Below, in pieces: positions 17,999-25,287 of a stretch of DNA of 32,000 bases. Every line of letters starts with the position of its first letter. Position 1 is the first letter of the stretch. A program made the translations under genes and the position numbers. The notes under the pieces were generated by a model, which saw only the letters and a list, made by a program, of their open reading frames with translations, searched no databases and had not been told where the DNA came from. Origin of the DNA: Hoyosella subflava DQS3-9A1 (GTDB taxonomy: Bacteria; Actinomycetota; Actinomycetes; Mycobacteriales; Mycobacteriaceae); NCBI RefSeq assembly GCF_000214175.1, contig NC_015561.1, positions 74,746 through 106,745 of the forward strand, read 5' to 3'.

Positions 17999-18661
17999 TC
18001 AGCCCAGGGTTTGTATCGCTTCTACGGCGAGGCTGGTTATCTGCTTGCCTGCCTCCGTTCCGGCCGATACGGCCACTGCGCTGATTGCAGTTGCCAGCAG
18101 TGCGCGCAGCGCGCCTTTCTTGGCGTGAGGGTCTTTCGATGCCTCGCGGAGTTCGGCCGCGACAACCTGAGCACTGCTTGAGTTAGGCTCGTTCGAGGCA
18201 ACATAGCCCTCAAGCGCTTCCACCACCGCCTGAATCTTGTCTGTCGCGCTTTCGAGACCGTGGGTTTGGCTAAAGTCTTGGCTGTTAACTGCGACGTTCG
18301 CTGGTCCGTGTGTGGTGATGTGGTAGTTGTTGGTCGCTCCCGTTGTGTTCGCTTGTTGTGGGGGATCGGGACAAACGGACAGCCCAGAGGCGACCTGGTT
18401 TTCGCCTCGCGAAGTGATGCGGGGACGTAGTACTCCACCGCCCCATACACCTGCGCCGGCAACAAGGCCCTGGTCCTTCAGATAGTCAAGTGCTGCGTTC
18501 ACTTCTGGCTCAGTGATCGGGTCGGCCCGCCACTTTGCGGTGGTCTGAATGGAATTGCGATCAATATTCTGGGGAGCGTTATTGCCCTGAGCTTTCTCTT
18601 CGTACAACCAGAGCAGCAGGGCATCGCGAATGCTCCACATCCGATCAGCGACTGGACTCAT
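17999..18661 (-). CDS. Hypothetical protein, N-terminal winged-helix-like region (220 aa)
   Basis: The ORF track gives 17999..18724. ATG 18661 lies 5 nt after a strong GGAGGGAAAG and is preferred. N-terminus is MSPVADRMWSIRDALLLWLYEEK......VNAALDYLKDQGLV...ITSRGENQV. The middle is low-complexity and the C-terminus is Ala-rich and helical. It sits 125 nt upstream of pycC on the same strand. Confidence 0.6.
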   Translation of the reverse strand: MSPVADRMWSIRDALLLWLYEEKAQGNNAPQNIDRNSIQTTAKWRADPITEPEVNAALDYLKDQGLVAGAGVWGGGVLRPRITSRGENQVASGLSVCPDPPQQANTTGATNNYHITTHGPANVAVNSQDFSQTHGLESATDKIQAVVEALEGYVASNEPNSSSAQVVAAELREASKDPHAKKGALRALLATAISAVAVSAGTEAGKQITSLAVEAIQTLG

Positions 18662-19035
18662 TCGGACTTTCCCTCCATATTTTCGAGCGGTCGTGAAAGC
18701 AACGCTACGGGCGACGACGGACATGTTCTGACCTGAGTTAGCTCATTTCGTTAGTGCGTGAGTTCACGAAGCTGAAGGCCGGTCGATCAACACCTGGGTG
18801 TCGGCGTCGATGTCGGGCGAGAAGGTGTGCCGCTGACCGCGATAGGACCGAATCTGCCGATAAGGGGCAACCCTATTCGGAGGCTACCGAAGCTGCATCG
18901 GCTGGCGTGATAGTCGCGTCGACCGAGCCCTGGAGTGAGCCTGAATGCAACCGAAGGGAAAGAACCTAGCTGGACCCAGGATTCGGCTAGCTCGGCAGTC
19001 ATGCAACAACGAAGCTAGACCACGAGACGAGTCCG

Positions 19036-19086
19036 TGCGACAACTAAATTGAGCGTGTTGCTCACAATGCGACAACTAAAGTGAGC
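19036..19086. repeat. Two 19-bp direct repeats (18/19 identical), 32-bp period
   Basis: TGCGACAACTAAATTGAGC is at 19036-19054 and TGCGACAACTAAAGTGAGC at 19068-19086. The spacer contains GAGCgtgttGCTC. Both lie in the 524-bp non-coding gap between 18724 and 19249. Confidence 0.6.
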
Positions 19087-19192
19087 AAGTCACCGAATGA
19101 CTGAGCAGAGACAGTCCAATAGCAGTCTGACCTGGGTATTCACCTGAGGAATAACTCGATAGCTACAGACGCCGATAATTTATATTATGACA

Positions 19193-19216
19193 ACTAGTCG
19201 CACTAGTGTCACTAGT
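19193..19216 (+). promoter_or_regulatory. Three ACTAGT palindromes at 9-bp spacing; probable operator of the phd/vapC operon
   Basis: ACTAGT occurs at 19193-19198, 19202-19207 and 19211-19216 (aACTAGTcgcACTAGTgtcACTAGTc). An AT-rich TTTATATTATGA lies just upstream and the antitoxin ATG is 33 nt downstream. Autoregulation by type II antitoxins is well established, but binding here is inferred. Confidence 0.45.
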
Positions 19217-19248
19217 CTTACCGATCCTGCCGGGATATCATAGGCCAC

Positions 19249-19485
19249 ATGAGGACGATCAGCAGCACCGAGGCGAAGACGAAACTCAACGCACTCCTCG
19301 CCGAGGTCGAGGCGACCGGTCAACCGGTGACGATCACCAGCCACGGCCGGCCCGTGGCGATCCTGTCGCCGTCGGCGCCGGCACCGCGCACCTTCGGTCA
19401 GCTCACGGGGAAGATCACCGTTCCCGACGACTTCGACGCACCGCTCGACGAATCTGAGCTCGGCCTCTGGGAAGGCCGCGAGTGA
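19249..19485 (+). CDS. Phd/YefM-family type II antitoxin (78 aa)
   Basis: MRTISSTEAKTKLNALLAEVEATGQPVTITSHGRPVAILSP... is the canonical Phd/YefM N-terminus. Its stop overlaps the toxin start (GTGA). Confidence 0.85.
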   Translation: MRTISSTEAKTKLNALLAEVEATGQPVTITSHGRPVAILSPSAPAPRTFGQLTGKITVPDDFDAPLDESELGLWEGRE

Positions 19486-19895
19486 TCACGCGCACCGTAC
19501 TCCTGGACACAAACGCCTTGCTCTGGCTGACCGCAGCGCCAGAGAAGATGTCGCCACAGGTTCTCGAACTACTCGCCACACCGTCGACCGAACTCGTGGT
19601 ATCGGCCGCGTCCGCCTGGGAAGTCTCGATAAAAACCAGCACCGGCAAACTCCCCGGCGGGCACGCCTTGCTCTCAGTCTGGGGCGAAACCATCATCCAC
19701 CTCCGCGCGGAAACCCTCGCGATCGACAGCGCGGACGCCATCATGGCGGGGGCACTCCCCTGGCCTCACCGCGACCCCTTCGATCGGATGCTCATCACCC
19801 AAGCCGCCCGACGCGCGCTCACCCTCGCGACCAGCGACCCCACCATGATCCAAGGAGCACTCTCGCCGACGATCGATACCAGAAGCGATACCTGA
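19482..19895 (+). CDS. vapC: PIN-domain toxin VapC (137 aa)
   Basis: The acidic PIN residues appear in the expected order: LLDTNALLW, SAASAWEVSIK, DPFDRMLITQA, LATSD. Confidence 0.85.
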   Translation: MITRTVLLDTNALLWLTAAPEKMSPQVLELLATPSTELVVSAASAWEVSIKTSTGKLPGGHALLSVWGETIIHLRAETLAIDSADAIMAGALPWPHRDPFDRMLITQAARRALTLATSDPTMIQGALSPTIDTRSDT

Positions 19896-20100
19896 GCCGC
19901 CCAGATCTGGAGAGACCGCGAACCTCACCGGGGTGGCAACTCACCTTCCTCGCTGTTCGGTCTGGAATGATCTGGCGTCTTGCTGGCTTACACCTCCCGG
20001 TAATGCCCGGCGAATTCGTGGTCCAACTGGCGTAACCGCCAGGCGAATTCGCCTAGACCGACAGAGCCGATCGGCTATCGCCCGGGCACGGATCCGAAAT

Positions 20101-20946
20101 GCCACTGTCACGTTGTTTGCGGAACTTGGCGATTCGAGCCCGTTGGCCGATTTTGCGGGTGGGTGATCGCGGTCGGATGGGTGCCGGTCAGCCGACGGTA
20201 GCCTGCCCGGTGATCTCGGTCCAGACGGCGAAGCGGTCGGCCATCACCTGTCGGTATTCGGTCGCCGAGAGCCGGTGGCGGCGGGTCCGGAAATGCGGTG
20301 AAATTCCCGAGAAAGCGGACAGGAAGCGTTGCGCGTGCCCGGGTGAGGTGAACCGTTTCATCGCCCGCTCCCGGGCGCGGGTCGGTTGATGGGAATTCTC
20401 GGCCCGGTTGTTGAGGTAGCGTGATCGGCGGTGCTCGGCCGACGACACCACCTCGCGGTGCGCCACCTGGTAGCTGCCCAGCTTGTCGGTGATGATCACC
20501 CGCGGCACGTATCGCAGGCCCTTGAGCAGCTTGCGGAAGAACCGCTTGGCCGCCACCGCGTTTCGGCGGGACTGGACCAGCACATCGAGCACGTTGCCGT
20601 CCTGGTCGACCGCGCGCCACAGGTAGTGCTGGGTGCCATTGATGCGGATGAAGACCTCGTCGAGGTACCACTTGTCACCGGGCCGCGCCCGCCGTCGGCG
20701 CAGCTGATTGGCGTAGGCCTGCCCGAACTTGGCGCACCACCGCCGGATCGTCTCGTAGCTGACCACGACACCGCGTTCGAGGATCATCTCCTCGACCTCA
20801 CGGAAGCTGAGCGGGAACCGGAAGTACAACCACACGCAGTGGTTGATGATCTCGCCCGGGTAGCGGTGTCCCTTGTATGACGGCATTGCGGTGTTCACCC
20901 CACGGATCTTCCCAGCGGCCGCGCAGCCCACCAACGTGACAGTGCC
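20101..20946 (-). mobile_element. IS6-family insertion sequence, complete (846 bp)
   Basis: Left end is GCCACTGTCACGTTG... (20101-). The reverse complement of the right end is GGCACTGTCACGTTG... (20946-). That gives about 15-bp IRs (14/15), resembling the GGCACTGTTGCAAA ends of IS26-type elements as I recall them. A single 232-aa transposase lies inside. The flanking octamers differ (TCCGAAAT vs GATATCCC), so there is no target duplication. Confidence 0.85.
20188..20886 (-). CDS. IS6-family DDE transposase (232 aa)
   Basis: MPSYKGHRYPGEIINHCVWLYFRFPLSFREVEEMILERGVVVSYETIRRWCAKFGQAYANQLRRRR.RPGDKWYLDEVFIRING...YLWRAVDQDGNVLD.LV.SRR...AAKRFFRKLLK.....PRVIITDKL.SY...H.........HR.S.YLNNRAENSHQPTR.RER.MK.F.S...AQRFLSAFSGISPHF is the IS6100/IS26-type sequence. 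The tracked ORF (to 21330) extends 148 codons upstream beyond the IR and is not part of the gene. Confidence 0.9.
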   Translation of the reverse strand: MPSYKGHRYPGEIINHCVWLYFRFPLSFREVEEMILERGVVVSYETIRRWCAKFGQAYANQLRRRRARPGDKWYLDEVFIRINGTQHYLWRAVDQDGNVLDVLVQSRRNAVAAKRFFRKLLKGLRYVPRVIITDKLGSYQVAHREVVSSAEHRRSRYLNNRAENSHQPTRARERAMKRFTSPGHAQRFLSAFSGISPHFRTRRHRLSATEYRQVMADRFAVWTEITGQATVG

Positions 20947-21180
20947 GATATCCCCCAGCCAAAACGGCTGCGACACGATGCCGACCACCGAGGCGTCGAA
21001 GTCCAACGCCCCGGCGAGAACCGACACAGCCCTGCCGCCCCCTCGGCGCCGCGGGTGCCGATCGAGGTCGACGGCGGGGAGGTGCCGTGCTGGGCCACAC
21101 CAGGGCCAGCGCGTTGCGGGCAGCGAGGTCGTCGATGCGGTACCTTTCTGCGCCAGCAGCCCGAACGAGGCCGTACTCAT
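20947..21180 (-). pseudogene. Possible 5' remnant of a TnsA-like (Tn7-type) transposition gene, truncated by the IS6 insertion
   Basis: Reading into the IS6 right end: MSTASFGLLAQKG...RAVSVLAGALDFDASVVGIVSQPFWLGDIG|IS6. The LDFD..VVgi.sQPFWL block recalls the N-terminal domain of TnsA-like endonucleases as I remember them. It breaks exactly at the IS boundary. Confidence 0.25.
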
Positions 21181-21440
21181 CTTCTTGCGGCCGGGCTGGT
21201 GGTGTTGTGTCGCTGGTTGGTCTTCGCCGACAGGCTGCTGCGGCGTCTCTTCGTCCTGGTCACGGAGATCATCTCCCCGGTTTCCCGCATAGATTTTTAC
21301 CCTCTGGTGGTTAGCTATGCGAGTCACCAAAATCTTGATCGCTGATTTAAGAACTTACCTTGATGTTTAAGGTGTTGCGGCGTAGTTTAGGGGTCTGTCT
21401 TAAGTCGATAAGATCTAAACTAACGTGATAGGAAGTAACC

Positions 21441-22724
21441 GTGAGCATCACCATTGACCCGCTACGGCTCTCCAAGCCGATCTCCAGCAGCACCTACCTG
21501 GCCATGAGGACAGTCCAGGGCGGCCGCGTCGTCTACTCGACCCGCGTTCCGTTGCTCGATTTGCCTACGATCCTGCCGGTCCCCGACCCGAACGTGGTCG
21601 ACAAGGACAACCGCAAGGTTGACCGCAATCACGCCAAGCAGTTCGGCAAGTACCTCGACGACAAGGAGGAATGGCTGGCCCCGGCCCTCCTTGCTCGGGA
21701 CAACGGCGGCTGTGTCTTCGAGAACGTCCAGGGATCCGACGACGTCGGCTACCTCACCGTCCCGTGGGCGATCGGCGGCGTCGCCTGCCTGTCCACCATC
21801 GACGGTCAGCACCGCGTGTTGGGCGTGGATCTCGAGAAGAGGCGCATCACCAGCGACATCGCCCTCGTCGACCGCAGCATGGCGCGCAAGATCTCCGCGG
21901 AGCGGATGGAGAAGCTGCAAGCCGACCGCGAAAAGCTCGTCGCCCAGATCGGGCGGCTGAAGAGGGAGTACGTTGGCCTGGACATCTACGTCGAACTGGA
22001 CCCGATCAAGCACCGGCAGATGTTCGTCGACGTCGCCGACAACGCCAAGGGCATCAGCAGCGCCGTCCGCGCCCGCTTCGACAACTACAAGGTCGCCAAC
22101 CGCACCCTGGGCGACGTCATGGAACACCCGCTGCTGAAGGGGTGGGTCGACCCCGAACAGGACCGGATGACCCAGAGGAACCCGAACCTGTTGGGCGCCA
22201 AGCATGTCGCCGATATCACTCGGGCCGTCGTCGCCGGAGCCGGTGGCCGGATCAGCAAGAAGGCCGAATCCACGCTGACCGACGCCGAGGTGATCGAACA
22301 GGTCAAGGACTTCCTCGACGTTCTCTCCAACGCCTTCGTCGACTTCGCCACTCTCACGGAAGCCGACCCCGTGGCGGACCGGGAGAGATGGGACGACGGC
22401 AAGGGGGAGCTGACCACGGCCCAGAAGCTGCGCCGCAAGTCGCTGCTCGGCTCGGTGGGTATGCTGCGCGTCCTGGGCGGGGTGTTTCACGACCTGAGGT
22501 CCGGGGATCCGGACACGGCCGATCTCGGCGACGTCACGATGTTCTTCAAGCGCCTCGATCGCCACATGGCCGCCCCGGTCACGGAGACCAGCGTCTGGCG
22601 GACCAGCAACGCGTCCGATGACTTCGAGCCGAATGCGTCTGCGCCGATCATGCGTACCCAGAACATCGTGCACCTGGTGAACGCCATCGTCGGCTGGTAC
22701 AAGAAGCCGCCGACCACACTGTAG
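21441..22724 (+). CDS. DGQHR-domain protein (DndB-like, ParB/Srx-fold), orphan, 427 aa
   Basis: GTG 21441 lies 5 nt after AGGAAG. ...ACLSTIDGQHRVLG... places DGQHR at 21801-21815. Downstream, ...KHRQMFVDVADNAKGIS... fits the Q.F.D.N block of DndB-like proteins. No dndACDE, ssp or dpd genes are anywhere in the window. Confidence 0.8.
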   Translation: MSITIDPLRLSKPISSSTYLAMRTVQGGRVVYSTRVPLLDLPTILPVPDPNVVDKDNRKVDRNHAKQFGKYLDDKEEWLAPALLARDNGGCVFENVQGSDDVGYLTVPWAIGGVACLSTIDGQHRVLGVDLEKRRITSDIALVDRSMARKISAERMEKLQADREKLVAQIGRLKREYVGLDIYVELDPIKHRQMFVDVADNAKGISSAVRARFDNYKVANRTLGDVMEHPLLKGWVDPEQDRMTQRNPNLLGAKHVADITRAVVAGAGGRISKKAESTLTDAEVIEQVKDFLDVLSNAFVDFATLTEADPVADRERWDDGKGELTTAQKLRRKSLLGSVGMLRVLGGVFHDLRSGDPDTADLGDVTMFFKRLDRHMAAPVTETSVWRTSNASDDFEPNASAPIMRTQNIVHLVNAIVGWYKKPPTTL

Positions 22725-22940
22725 GAGGGACACTGCGACCGGTACCGCAGCCCGCGGTGCCCGGTCTCCGTGCAATCGAAGGTGATGATGCAACTGTGCG
22801 GGAACGACGACGGCGGCCGCCGAGTCGGCGCCGACCTTGTGTGCGAATGCGTGGACCGAACTTGGCCACCCGGGTCTGCATGTCTGTGCGTGCGGCGAAT
22901 CGTGGCCCGGATCACCGGGCACGCCCGCCGGGCTTCCTCA

Positions 22941-22986
22941 CCAACGGGCTCGAATCGCCAAGTTCCGCAAACAACGTGACAGTGCC
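22941..22986. repeat. Inverted copy of the IS6 left terminus (46 bp, 45/46 identical to 20101-20146), the end of a truncated second IS6-family copy
   Basis: CCAACGGGCTCGAATCGCCAAGTTCCGCAAACAACGTGACAGTGCC is the reverse complement of 20101-20146 except at one base. Weak transposase C-terminal similarity (...NAWTEL... vs ...AVWTEI...) appears on the + strand around 22840-22860. This suggests a diverged remnant of roughly 200 bp. Confidence 0.8.
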
Positions 22987-23194
22987 CTTCCCGGTGCGCG
23001 AATCCACAGCAGCGCTGCGCCCACTGCGAGATCCCGCAGCCGACAACGACCAGCCATGACAACGGCACCGTCTCGTGAATGTGCACGTGGTTGACGCATC
23101 CGCAGGGGCGATCTTCCCGCCCCCCGAGGTACCGGTGTCGTGGCGCGCGCCTCCTAGGTGTTCAAATGTAGTCACTTGTAATACATTTAGTTCT

Positions 23195-23500
23195 GTGGCG
23201 GAACTCTTCGATCTGGACCTCCTCGATGGAGACGACCCGTTCGAGATCGATGTTCAAGCCGCGCACCTGTTCAAACATCCCCGCTTGGGCATCGCGGACA
23301 TCCACGAGGTCTGGGCATCCGACCCCATGTTTTATCCCGCGAAACTGCCCGCGCACTGGCTGATGGTCGCCGAGGTCCACGGCCAGGTCCTCATGGTCCC
23401 CCTCGCCCCAACCCGGGACGCGAACCCCGCCAAATGCCGCCCCATCGGCTGCTACCAGGCATCCAACCACCTCGCCGACCAGTACCGGAGAGACCGATGA
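23195..23500 (+). CDS. Putative toxin, BrnT(DUF497)-like (101 aa)
   Basis: In-frame GTG 23195 is preferred over the tracked 23075 start. ...DPFEIDVQAAHLFKHPRLGIADIHEVWASDPMFYPA....WLMVAEVHGQVLMVPLAP........RPIGCYQAS... resembles the FEWD...hL.KH.v...e.eevf.dp......r....g...gr.L.Vv......iRiIsar layout of BrnT. Its stop overlaps the start of an RHH gene (ATGA). The family call comes from pattern memory only. Confidence 0.45.
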   Translation: MAELFDLDLLDGDDPFEIDVQAAHLFKHPRLGIADIHEVWASDPMFYPAKLPAHWLMVAEVHGQVLMVPLAPTRDANPAKCRPIGCYQASNHLADQYRRDR

Positions 23501-23718
23501 ACCAGCCCATGACCCCCGACGAGGAATACGACTTCTACGCCCGCCCAGAGAACCAGGAACCGCAAGGCCCCGGGCAACGTCGGCTGACCGCCACCGTGCC
23601 GGTCCGCTTCCCAGCCGACCTACTCGAGAAGATCCGCGCAGCAGCCGCTGCCGACGACCGGTCCGTCTCGGCCTGGATTCGACGCGCCGTCGAGCACGAG
23701 CTCCGCGATTCCGCCTAA
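23497..23718 (+). CDS. Ribbon-helix-helix (CopG/BrnA-like) antitoxin (73 aa)
   Basis: ATG 23497 overlaps the upstream stop. The C-terminal ...RRLTATVPVRFPADLLEKIRAAAAADDRSVSAWIRRAVEHEL... is a classic RHH beta-strand plus two helices. Confidence 0.7.
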   Translation: MNQPMTPDEEYDFYARPENQEPQGPGQRRLTATVPVRFPADLLEKIRAAAAADDRSVSAWIRRAVEHELRDSA

Positions 23719-23958
23719 AGGTGCGAGCGAGTCCCCTGACGAACGCGCAAAATGCCCAGCCGCTGGACGCTGTGACCGCGCTCGACACCGTGGGGGACTC
23801 CCAGCCCCGAACACGACGTGCCGGTAGTGGACCTCAACAGTCAATAACCGCGCCACGGCATCTATCGCAAACGACCGTCTGCGCGAGACCCCAGTACCGG
23901 GCAGCCCCCCGAGGATATTTCCCCAGGTCGCGAACTCACGAAACCCACCACGCAATCA

Positions 23959-24579
23959 ATGCCACACAACACCCTGCCGACTCTGGGTTCCGATAGAGTT
24001 CTGCGGGTGGGGCACAACATCGGGTACGCGCGGATCTCCACCGCTGATCAGAACCCGCAGCTGCAGCTCGACGCGCTCGGCGCCGCGGACTGCCTCAAGG
24101 TCTACACCGACACCGCGACCGGCACCAAAGCCGACCGCCCACAGTGGAACGCCTGCCTGGCCGACCTTCGCCCCGGCGACACTCTGATCATCTGGAAAAT
24201 CGACAGGCTCGGCCGCAACCTTCGCGACCTGATCGACATCGTGACCAGCCTGCAGACCCGCGGCGTCGGGGTCCGCTCACTGACTAACGGGATCGTGGAC
24301 ACCACCACCGCTCACGGCAAACTCGTCTTCGGCATGTTCGCCCTCATGGCCGAGTACGAGGCAGCCCTCATCAAAGAACGCACCGATGCCGGGCTGGCCG
24401 CCGCTCGCGCCCGAGGCCGCAAAGGCGGGCGCAAAGCGAAAATGACCCCCGCCCTGATCAACAAAGCCCAGCGCATGTACGACGCCCGCCAGTTCACCAT
24501 GACCGAAATCGCCCAGACCTGCGGAGTCACACCGATGACGATCTACAGACACATCAAAACCCGCGCCGCCGCGAACTGA
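23959..24579 (+). CDS. Serine recombinase (resolvase/invertase family), 190-206 aa
   Basis: ...IGYARISTADQNPQLQLDAL......VYTDTATGTKADRPQW...L..LRPGDTLIIWKIDRLGRNLRDLIDIV..L...GV..RSL...IDTTT..GKL.F.MFA..AEYE...IKERT.AGL.AAR.RGR.GGR. is followed by a C-terminal HTH (TMTEIAQTCGVTPMTIYRHI). The start may be GTG 24007, just before IGYARIST. Confidence 0.9.
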   Translation: MPHNTLPTLGSDRVLRVGHNIGYARISTADQNPQLQLDALGAADCLKVYTDTATGTKADRPQWNACLADLRPGDTLIIWKIDRLGRNLRDLIDIVTSLQTRGVGVRSLTNGIVDTTTAHGKLVFGMFALMAEYEAALIKERTDAGLAAARARGRKGGRKAKMTPALINKAQRMYDARQFTMTEIAQTCGVTPMTIYRHIKTRAAAN

Positions 24580-24757
24580 GACAACCCGACGGGATCTGCT
24601 TACCAGCGAAAACCACCGCTAGCGCTAACGACTGCACGGATCTTCCCCGACCCCGAATAAGTCGACAGACGAGCGGAGCGGCTGCACGGTACCGCTCCTG
24701 CACTCCGTGAAGAGCTGTCTGTGCGAGGCGTTCACTGTCTCCATGAACCACGTCGCC

Positions 24758-25120
24758 CTAAATCCATGCGAAGGTGAGAACGTTGTCCCCTACTGGTTCC
24801 CTGGGCGCATCTTCACCGATGCGCCCGACCTGCACGCTGTATGCAACGATGTCCTTACCCCGTGGGTTGAATTCGGCCCATTCCTTTTTCAGGCTGGCGA
24901 GCACATGGCGTGTGTCGTCTCGGTCCACGTCCCGGAGAAACCAGCCGAGCGCCTTCAGGGTGTGTTTGAAGCATGAGTCTTCATCTTGAAGAATCAGCGG
25001 TAGGACTCTCGCAGCAGCCGACTCGACGACTCTTCGGGAGGGGGTGTTTGCGTCACCCAGGTTTGTCCCGCCTCATCTCGGTCAATCTCGAAGGTAACGC
25101 GGCCAACTCGGGCCTAGCTG
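24758..25120 (-). pseudogene. Decayed ORF remnants (no intact start, at least two frame changes)
   Basis: Minus-strand pieces lie in three frames: MDYEQL.., ARVGRVTFEIDRDEAGQTWVTQTPPPEESSSRLLRESYR* and ..RVLPLILQDEDSCFKHTLKALGWFLRDVDRDDTRHVLASLKKEWAEFNPRGKDIVAYSVQVGRIGEDAPREPVGDNVLTFAWI* (stop 24758-24760). The last piece is protein-like but lacks a start codon. G+C is visibly lower than in the neighbours. No family assigned. Confidence 0.2.
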
Positions 25121-25287
25121 CTCATAGTCCATGTAGAGCGAGTGCTCCTTCACATGACGAGCACGAAGGATAAACGCCTCTATTCGAGATCTATGTCATT
25201 GATTCAGTTCGTCTATGTTCTGTGGGGTCAATCCGAATCCTCAATTCCCTGAGGGTGCTCGAAGCGGTGCCGAACGAGCGGGGATTG

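Noticed and set aside
20009-20054. Two GGCGAATTCG copies (20009-20018 and 20042-20051), the second inside the 14-bp palindrome AGGCGAATTCGCCT, between vapC and IS6
   Set aside because: The repeats are real, but I cannot tie them to a function (att, res or operator). There is no matching copy on the far side of the IS6 unit. Noted but not promoted.
20887-21330. Upstream 148 codons of the tracked 380-aa ORF containing the IS6 transposase
   Set aside because: IS6 transposases start at MPSYKGHR... (ATG 20886). The IS terminal repeat ends at 20946, so the extension crosses the IS boundary and cannot be part of the transposase.
21462-22922. 486-aa minus-strand ORF and the 316-aa plus-strand alternative-frame ORF (21671..22621) overlapping the DGQHR gene
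   Set aside because: Both are Arg/Gly/Pro/Asp-rich shadow frames of the DGQHR gene, which has a proper RBS and the DGQHR motif. Long antisense ORFs are expected at this G+C content.
23162-23788. 208-aa minus-strand ORF
   Set aside because: It is an Arg-rich shadow frame opposite the BrnT/A-like pair, whose RHH antitoxin is clearly recognisable.
23729-23800. 8-bp inverted repeat GAGTCCCC...GGGGACTC upstream of the serine recombinase, as a possible res site
   Set aside because: It is a single short pair with a 56-bp spacer. It lacks the multi-subsite organisation expected of a res site, so the evidence is insufficient.
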